DNA of 34,904 nucleotides from an uncultured Deinococcales bacterium (lineage in GTDB: Bacteria; Deinococcota; Deinococci; Deinococcales; JAAFIG01). The notes under the pieces are model-generated. The model did not search any database, was not told the DNA's origin, and saw nothing but the letters and a program-made list of their open reading frames with translations. A program made the translations under genes and the position numbers. Location of the stretch: NCBI GenBank assembly GCA_964244895.1, contig CAXTKV010000030.1:1-34904 (forward strand), written 5' to 3'. Positions within the stretch are counted from its first letter, which is position 1. Each line of letters starts with the position of its first letter. Of this stretch, positions 28,499 through 34,904 are shown one piece after another.

Positions 28499-31400
28499 TC
28501 AGCCCAGCCCGATCCCCAGATCGGCGGCAGCTTCGAGCATCTGGCGGTTGACGGGGTTGCGGTTCAGGAACGATTCTCGAAATTCTGCCGGGACGTGATG
28601 ATCCGCCGTCGAGAGCACCCACTCAAGGGCGCGCTCGAGGGCGGTTCGGGCCGCAGGATCGCCGAGAGCCGAGAGCACCCGATAGCGCACCAGAAGCACA
28701 TTGCCCCGGTAGGCCAGTTCCGGCGTGACCCCTGGGAGCGCTTCGACGGCCAGCGCGCTGGGTTCGAGCGCCCGCTCGGGTTGACCGAGCGCCAGGTGCG
28801 CCTGGGCGCAACGAAGTCGGGCCGCCATGACGCCTCCATCGCTTCCCCGGCTCGAGAAGGCCTCGAGGCAGCGCTCGGCCAGCCGCAAGCCCTCCTCGGG
28901 CTCGAGCAGCGGGCTCTTGACGAGGAACAACCTGAAAAGCGCCAGGGGACGAGAGACGGTCTGAAGTAACGCTTCGGCCTCCAAGATCGGTTCGAGGGCG
29001 CGCGAAGCGGGGTTGATGCGGCTCTGCGCGATCAAAGCGTGGACTCGGCTGCCCGCGCGCAGGTTCGGCAAGGCCAGCAGTTCATCGATCGCGGGTTGCG
29101 CGCGATCGATGATTCCGAGGTCGGGGTAGATCTCGAACTGGCGCTGAAGAAGATAAGGCCGCACCCACGACTGGTACGTCTCGAGCAAGCGTTTGAGGGT
29201 TCCGAGCGAATCCAGGGCTTCCGTGTAACGCCCGAGCTGGTGCAGCATGGCGCTGGCATTGACCACCATGTGGATGGCCACGTCGGTATCCTCGCCGATC
29301 TCGGCGTGCAGGGTCTCAGCTTCGCGAATCAACCAGAGCGCTTCCTCGTGGTGACCGATGCTGGACAGACCCGCAGCCAGGTTCAGGCGCACGTGGACGC
29401 GCGCCTGCGGATCGGCTAGCTTCCCATCACTGTGCAGGTTCTCGAACAGCACCAGGGCGCGTCGGTCGTGTTCGAGCGCCTTGTGGAACTCGTCCTTGCG
29501 TTCCACGAGCACACCCAGATCGCTTTCCAAACCCGCCAGCGCTTCCTTGTCCTCGAGCCGTTCGGCCATGATTCTGGATTCGTGCGAGAGCGCGATCAGG
29601 TCGTCGGTTCGTCCGCCCTGAACGTAGATGGCGTGAATCAAGGCGCTCTGCGCGCGGAAGCTCAGGCGTTCGTGCTGCGCCAGGCGCGCGTACTCGAGCG
29701 CCTGGCGGGCGGCTGCCTCGGCCTGCGTCCCCTCTCCGCGCAGGTGCAGCCGTTCCGCGCGGCGCGTCCAGGCGGCGGCGGTTTCTTCAGGGGTTCCAGC
29801 CAGGCGCATCAGGTGTTCGACGAGGGCTTCGCAGCGTTCCGCGGTGTCCACCCGGCAGAGCGCCGCGAAACCCTGCTCGAAAGCCGCAAACGCCTCGCGT
29901 GGACGGTTCAACAGCTCAAAATTTCGGCCCGCCAGCTCCAGCAGGTCGGCCTCGGCGCGCAACTCGAAGGTCGCGTGGGCGCGCCGCGCGGCCTCCATCA
30001 GGAACGGCGCGGCGCGTGCGGGATCGGAAGCCCCGAGCCAGTGCGCCGCGATCCGGGCTGGCTGCGCGTCTGCACCTTCGAGGTATTCGGCGGTGCGGCG
30101 GTGCAAGAGCGCGCGGATCGGTGCGGGCACGCTCGCCAGGGCGGCTTCAGCCAGCAGATCGTGCGCGAAGTTTGCGGCGCGCATGACCTGCGCGGCCTCG
30201 AGTTCCGCCCACGGTTCGGCCAGATCCAGAATGGGGGTTTCCAGCACGCGCGCGCCCAACTCGAGATCGAAATCCGCGCCGGCCACCGCGACCGAGCGCG
30301 CCAGGCGTTGCGCCGCCAGCGAGAGCCGCTCGAGGCGTCGAGCCACCAGCAACCCGAGCCGATCCGGCACGGGCAGGCGCGCGGGCAGGCCGCGTTCCAG
30401 ATCGCCGGATTCGATCAGGCTGCGCAGCGTTTCCAGCGCGAACAACGGGTTGCCGCCCGTGTGACGCTCGAGGCTGGCGGCCAGTTCGGGCGCGTGTCGC
30501 AACGAGAGGCTCTCCAGAAGCGCCTTCAGGGCTTCGGGCTCGAGCCGTTCGACCTCGATGGGCGCGGCCACGCCAGCCTGGATGCTCTGATGAACGATCG
30601 CTTCGAATTCGGGTCGCAGTTCGCCGGAACGGTAAATCGAGATGCAGACGACCCGACCGCTTTCGGGCTTCGAGAACCTGGCCGCCAGGTACTGCGCGGC
30701 CTCGAAGCTGGCGGCGTCCATGTATTGCAGATCGTCGATCACGATGCTGCGCAGTCCGCCCCCGATCAACCGCTCGATGGCGCTGGCCATGGCCTCGAAG
30801 AAGCGCAGGCGTTCCGCGTCGGAGGTGATCGGCGGCGGCGCGTCGGCGTGCAAGCTGGGCACCAGCCTGGAGAGTTCCCGGCTCGCCCACGGCTCGAGGC
30901 GCAGCTCGGGATGCCGACCGAGGGTGTTGCGCAGGCTGCGCGCGAAGGTCGAGTACGGCAGGCTTTCGTCGCCGGGGCGACCCTCGATCACGGCGTATTC
31001 GCCTTTGGTGCCCACGAATTCCTGCACCAACCGGGTCTTGCCGACGCCCGGTTCACCGCTGACGCTGATGCCCAGACCCGCGTCCCAGGCGGACTCGAGC
31101 TTCGCCCAGACAGCCCCGCGTCCGACCAGCACGGGCGGGCGTTGCACCGAGAGCGGAATCTCGCGGCGGGTGGGCGGCGCGCTTTCGGTGACGCGCGCGC
31201 CGCCTTCGATCTGGGTGGCCAGCGCCAGCGTTTCCGGCATCGGCGCAACGTTCAACTCGTGCATCAGCACGGCCCGGCAGCGCTCGAAGGCGCTCAATGC
31301 CGCACCCCGGTCGCCCAGCAGGTAGTGCAGGCGCATCACGCGGCGGTGGGCGGATTCTGAAACCGGGTCGGTTTCCAGCAGCCGTTCAGCGTGCACCAGG

Positions 31401-31903
31401 GCGGCGCGGTAATCGCCCGCGCGCTCGCTGGCCTCGATCAACCGAGCGCGCGCCTCTCGGCGCAGGCCGTAAATGCGTTCGCGTTGCACCAGCAACCAGT
31501 CCATGAATTCCTGGCAGTCGTCGAACTCGTAACCGCCCAGCAGTTCACCCTCGCGCTCGATCACGGCGGCATCGCGTCCTGCGAAAGCCTCGAGTTCGAG
31601 TTGCGCGGCGTCCACGCTGACCTCCGACGCGAGCGCCAGCGGGTCGTCGCCCGCGATCAATTCCGCGCCCGCAGCGTCGCGCGAGCGCCTGAGCATCTGG
31701 CGCAAGTTGTTGCGCGCGGTGGATTCTGGCGATTCCGGCCAGAGCAATCCCGCCAGCGTGGTGCGCGACGTTGCGCCCTCGAGCGCCAGGTAAGCCAGCG
31801 CGCCCGCCGTCTTGCGCTCGAGCCGCCAGGGCTCGCGCTCGCTCCTGATGAGCTTCGCACCGCCCAGAAGTTCGAGCGCGATGGTGGTCGAGGAGAGCGT
31901 CAT
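28499..31903 (-). CDS. SARP/BTAD transcriptional activator with STAND-type ATPase and TPR-like C-terminus (AfsR/large-SARP-like)
   Basis: N-terminal wHTH (LAYLALEG..SRTTLAGLLWPE...ARNNLRQ); BTAD (DPVSESAHRRVMRLHYLLGDRGAAL); Walker A GEPGVGKT; Walker B IVIDD; GGNPLF; helical repeats. A -10 TAGAAT lies at 31915-31920. Confidence 0.9.
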   Translation of the reverse strand: MTLSSTTIALELLGGAKLIRSEREPWRLERKTAGALAYLALEGATSRTTLAGLLWPESPESTARNNLRQMLRRSRDAAGAELIAGDDPLALASEVSVDAAQLELEAFAGRDAAVIEREGELLGGYEFDDCQEFMDWLLVQRERIYGLRREARARLIEASERAGDYRAALVHAERLLETDPVSESAHRRVMRLHYLLGDRGAALSAFERCRAVLMHELNVAPMPETLALATQIEGGARVTESAPPTRREIPLSVQRPPVLVGRGAVWAKLESAWDAGLGISVSGEPGVGKTRLVQEFVGTKGEYAVIEGRPGDESLPYSTFARSLRNTLGRHPELRLEPWASRELSRLVPSLHADAPPPITSDAERLRFFEAMASAIERLIGGGLRSIVIDDLQYMDAASFEAAQYLAARFSKPESGRVVCISIYRSGELRPEFEAIVHQSIQAGVAAPIEVERLEPEALKALLESLSLRHAPELAASLERHTGGNPLFALETLRSLIESGDLERGLPARLPVPDRLGLLVARRLERLSLAAQRLARSVAVAGADFDLELGARVLETPILDLAEPWAELEAAQVMRAANFAHDLLAEAALASVPAPIRALLHRRTAEYLEGADAQPARIAAHWLGASDPARAAPFLMEAARRAHATFELRAEADLLELAGRNFELLNRPREAFAAFEQGFAALCRVDTAERCEALVEHLMRLAGTPEETAAAWTRRAERLHLRGEGTQAEAAARQALEYARLAQHERLSFRAQSALIHAIYVQGGRTDDLIALSHESRIMAERLEDKEALAGLESDLGVLVERKDEFHKALEHDRRALVLFENLHSDGKLADPQARVHVRLNLAAGLSSIGHHEEALWLIREAETLHAEIGEDTDVAIHMVVNASAMLHQLGRYTEALDSLGTLKRLLETYQSWVRPYLLQRQFEIYPDLGIIDRAQPAIDELLALPNLRAGSRVHALIAQSRINPASRALEPILEAEALLQTVSRPLALFRLFLVKSPLLEPEEGLRLAERCLEAFSSRGSDGGVMAARLRCAQAHLALGQPERALEPSALAVEALPGVTPELAYRGNVLLVRYRVLSALGDPAARTALERALEWVLSTADHHVPAEFRESFLNRNPVNRQMLEAAADLGIGLG

Positions 31904-31953
31904 GGGGTACGCCGATTCTAGCCGAGATCACATCGCTCGAATGAGAAAAAGTC

Positions 31954-31994
31954 CCGTCCAGCACACGGGTTTACCGACGCGTGCTGGACAGTGT
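31954..31994. repeat. REP-like copy
   Basis: CCGTCCAGCAC...GTGCTGGACAGTGT. Confidence 0.75.
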
Positions 31995-32015
31995 CGGCCT
32001 TCGGGCTTGAATTCT

Positions 32016-32042
32016 TGAATTGATATGTGATATATCAATTCA
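32016..32042 (+). promoter_or_regulatory. Putative GntR autorepressor operator
   Basis: TGAATTGATAT-N5-ATATCAATTCA inverted repeat containing TGATATATCA, running into the gntR ATG. Confidence 0.7.
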
Positions 32043-32740
32043 TGCCGTTACCGGATGCGCCCCGAATCCCCGAAAAACGCCTGATGCGCGACGACGTGTA
32101 CGCGCAGTTGCGCGACTGGATCATCGAAGGAACCCTGACCCCGCTCGAGAAATTGCGCGATATTGAATTGGCCGAACGCCTCGGCGTGTCCCGCACGCCC
32201 GTGCGAGAGGCCCTGCGGCGGCTCGAGGACGAGGGATTGATCGAAACCAAGCAGAACGCCTGGACGCGAGTGGCGGGCGTGGACGCGTCGCTCGCGGCGC
32301 GGATCTACCCGATCCTGCGCGTCCTCGAGCCGCTGGCGCTGGAAGTCTCTTTCCCTGATTTCACAGCGGAAGACATTCTCGGCATGCGCGCCCTCAACGC
32401 CCGCGTCGAAGCCGCCCTCAGGCGCGGCGATGCCCGGATCGCCGCCATCCAGGACACCGAACTGCACGACACCTGGACGGGCGCGTGCGGCAACCCCGAA
32501 TTGATCAACATCATCCGCGACCTGAAAACCCAGCACATCCGCCTCGAGATCGCGTACTGGGGCGGCCAATCCGCGCTGGAAAGCGTCGCGGAGCACGCCC
32601 GATTGATCGCCGCGCTCGAGGCGCGCGACCTGAAATCTGCCCAGCGCGCGCTCGAGGTCAACTGGACGCGCGCACTGTCGCGCTTTCAATCGCAGCCCCC
32701 ATCAGAAACGAAACCCCTCCAGGCAAAGGAGAACCCATGA
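32042..32740 (+). CDS. GntR/FadR (FCD) family transcriptional regulator
   Basis: [36 protein letters not shown]-like D..LH, GNPEL, EH..LI.AL..RD; no RBS (likely leaderless ATG 32042). Confidence 0.92.
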   Translation: MPLPDAPRIPEKRLMRDDVYAQLRDWIIEGTLTPLEKLRDIELAERLGVSRTPVREALRRLEDEGLIETKQNAWTRVAGVDASLAARIYPILRVLEPLALEVSFPDFTAEDILGMRALNARVEAALRRGDARIAAIQDTELHDTWTGACGNPELINIIRDLKTQHIRLEIAYWGGQSALESVAEHARLIAALEARDLKSAQRALEVNWTRALSRFQSQPPSETKPLQAKENP

Positions 32741-33741
32741 AGCTCTCGAAGTTCCCGCGTTACCCGTTGACCTTCGGCCCGTCACCGATTCACCCGCTCA
32801 AACGGCTTTCAAATCACCTGGGGCTGGAGGTCTGGGCCAAGCGCGACGATTGCAACAGCGGTTTGGCCTTCGGCGGCAACAAGATCCGCAAGCTCGAGTA
32901 CCTCGTGCCGGAAGCCATCGCGGCGGGTTGCGATACGCTGGTTTCGATCGGCGGCGTGCAATCGAACCACACCCGCCAGGTCGCGGCGGTCGCCGCCGCC
33001 ATCGGCATGAAGGCCGTGCTGGTGCAGGAACACTGGGTCAACTGGAACGACACCATTTACGATCGCGTCGGCAACATTCAGCTCTCGAGGTTGCTCGGCG
33101 CTGAAGTCGAACTCTCCCCGTCCGGTTTCAGCATCGGCAAACGCGAAAGCTGGGAGAACGCCTTAGAGCGCGTGCGCGAGCGCGGCGGCAAACCTTACGC
33201 GATTCCCGCCGGAGCGAGCGATCACCCGTTGGGCGGGCTGGGTTTCGTGGGTTTCGCCGAGGAAGTGGAAGCCCAGGAGCGCCAGCACGGCGTGTTCTTC
33301 GATCACGTGATCGTCTGCAGCGTCACCGGCAGCACGCACGCGGGCATGATCGTGGGTTTTGCCGCGCAGGACAGGCCGCGCAGGGTCATCGGGATCGACG
33401 CTTCGGCCAAGCCCGATGAAACGCGGGCCGCCGTCAAGAAAATCGCGCAGTTCACCGCCCTCGCCGTCGAACTCGGGCGCGAGATCACCGACCAGGACGT
33501 GATCCTCGAGACCGCCTACGCGGGCGAGGAATACGGCGTGCCGACCGAGCAGACGCTTTCAGCCATGCGGCTGGCGGCCCGGATGGACGGCATGATCACC
33601 GATCCGGTCTACGAGGGAAAATCTGTGCATGGGCTGATCGATCTGGCGCAATCCGGCGCGATTCCCAAAGGATCAAAAGTGCTCTACGTGCATCTGGGTG
33701 GCGTGCCCGCGCTTTCCGCTTACGCCGCATTGTTCAAATGA
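32737..33741 (+). CDS. acdS: 1-aminocyclopropane-1-carboxylate deaminase
   Basis: ATG 32737 (AAGGAG RBS, ATGA overlap with gntR); [21 protein letters not shown] (PLP Lys); DPVYEGKS and HLGG carry the Glu/Leu pair that distinguishes AcdS from D-cysteine desulfhydrase. Confidence 0.93.
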   Translation: MKLSKFPRYPLTFGPSPIHPLKRLSNHLGLEVWAKRDDCNSGLAFGGNKIRKLEYLVPEAIAAGCDTLVSIGGVQSNHTRQVAAVAAAIGMKAVLVQEHWVNWNDTIYDRVGNIQLSRLLGAEVELSPSGFSIGKRESWENALERVRERGGKPYAIPAGASDHPLGGLGFVGFAEEVEAQERQHGVFFDHVIVCSVTGSTHAGMIVGFAAQDRPRRVIGIDASAKPDETRAAVKKIAQFTALAVELGREITDQDVILETAYAGEEYGVPTEQTLSAMRLAARMDGMITDPVYEGKSVHGLIDLAQSGAIPKGSKVLYVHLGGVPALSAYAALFK

Positions 33742-33765
33742 AATCGCTCGAGCGAGGAGTCCGCC

Positions 33766-34716
33766 GTGAACCACCGCATTTCCTTTGAAAACATCCAGCA
33801 CGCGATGGGCGCGATCGATCCCGTCTTTCTGAACTCGCCGCAGTACCGATCCGAGGCGCTCGAGGCGGAACTGGGCTGCCGTCTGGTGGTCAAGCTCGAG
33901 ACGCTCAACCCGATCCGTTCGTTCAAGGGTCGCGGCCCGTCGTATTTCGTCAGCCTGCTGCCGAAGGGTGCGCGGATCGTCTGCGCCAGCGCGGGCAATT
34001 TCGGGCAGGGATTGGCCTACGCCGTCCGTTCGCGCGGCGACGTGGAATTGACGGTCTACGCCAGCCTCAACGCGAACCCGTTGAAGCTGGCTCGGATGCG
34101 AGCCCTGGGTGCGAAGGTCGTGCTGGAGGGCGAGGATTTCGATGCGGCCAAACTCGCCGCCAAAGGCTACGCGGCGGCATCCGGCGCGATGATGGTCGAG
34201 GACGGGTTGATCCCGTCCATCTCCGAAGGCGCGGGCACGATGGCGCTCGAGTTGACGCGCTGGCACGAACCGATCAGTGCCGTGCTGGTGCCGCTCGGCA
34301 ACGGCGCGATGCTCGGCGGCGTCGGATGCTGGTTCCGGCACGCCAGCCCGCAGACGCAGGTGATCGCCGTGCAGGCCGAAGGTGCGCCCGCCATGATCGA
34401 ATCGTGGCGCTCCGGGCGGATCGTCGAACACGAGCGCATCTCCACCATCGCCGACGGCATCGGCGTGCGCGTCCCGATCCCGGAGGCCGTGGACGACATG
34501 AAAGACCTGGTGAACGACGCGATCCTGGTGACGGATGAAACCATCATTCAGGCCATCAAGCTGGCTCACCTGCATCTGGGTGTGGTTCTCGAGCCGTCCG
34601 GCGCGGCGGGACTGGCCGCGATCCTCGAGAACCGGGATCGGTTTGCGGGCCAGTTGGTCAGCACGATCCTCTGCGGTGGGAACTTGACGGCAGAACAGAT
34701 GCGGGACTGGCTGTGA
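33766..34716 (+). CDS. PLP-dependent threonine/serine dehydratase family protein
   Basis: GTG with GAGGAG RBS; KLETLNPIRSFKGRG, ASAGNFGQG, VPLGNGAMLGG, TIADGI, EPSGAAG, LCGGN. Confidence 0.88.
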   Translation: MNHRISFENIQHAMGAIDPVFLNSPQYRSEALEAELGCRLVVKLETLNPIRSFKGRGPSYFVSLLPKGARIVCASAGNFGQGLAYAVRSRGDVELTVYASLNANPLKLARMRALGAKVVLEGEDFDAAKLAAKGYAAASGAMMVEDGLIPSISEGAGTMALELTRWHEPISAVLVPLGNGAMLGGVGCWFRHASPQTQVIAVQAEGAPAMIESWRSGRIVEHERISTIADGIGVRVPIPEAVDDMKDLVNDAILVTDETIIQAIKLAHLHLGVVLEPSGAAGLAAILENRDRFAGQLVSTILCGGNLTAEQMRDWL

Positions 34717-34717
34717 G

Positions 34718-34765
34718 GAACACCGTCCCAGACGGCGTTCTCGAGGTGCGTCCGGGACGGTGCTC
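34718..34765. repeat. REP-like palindrome copy
   Basis: GAACACCGTCCCAGACG...CGTCCGGGACGGTGCTC directly after the stop codon. Confidence 0.85.
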
Positions 34766-34904
34766 TCGAGCCATACCCCGTGCGACTCGAGGTGATGGAT
34801 CGTTGTGACGGTCGTTCCCGTCTCACCATCGACGCCGCGCGAAGGGCAAATTCAGGCTTCGCTCCCGCCAGGCAGCGGTTTTCGTAGCGGCGATCCCTGT
34901 GATC

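Noticed and set aside
28499..31903. Avs-type antiphage STAND defence gene
   Set aside because: The N-terminus is a wHTH-BTAD activator rather than a nuclease, TIR, SIR2 or protease effector, and neighbours are exported proteins.
34770..34904. Possible 3' end of a minus-strand gene at the right edge
   Set aside because: Too short to fix the frame or product.

Overview
GC-rich bacterial chromosomal window. Deinococcota is inferred from repeated TAnnnT-N6-start leaderless promoters, heavy CTCGAG use and a GntR-linked acdS. Left to right: a partial Tat-signal DUF1800 gene; a minus-strand cluster of exported glycan-active proteins (uncharacterised TIM-barrel-like lipoprotein, GH9-CBM3c lipoprotein, DUF4874/DUF4832 lipoprotein, GH10); an AraC regulator plus DHFR-like gene; leuS with a leaderless leader-peptide attenuator; two small hypothetical genes; malic enzyme; aat; a GH114-like lipoprotein; a 12-kb minus-strand module; and gntR-acdS-Thr/Ser dehydratase. 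The best candidate for an undescribed system is the 12-kb module (19646-31903). It has a SARP/BTAD-STAND-TPR activator, a 67-aa protein and five exported proteins. Two promoters each carry a triple GTCACGC direct repeat ending 9 bp before a -10 box. One target protein has an internal membrane hairpin and lipobox within its last beta-rich region. About 16 copies of a ~48-bp covarying palindromic REP-like element occupy most intergenic spaces. All family calls come from motif recognition; no searches were run.
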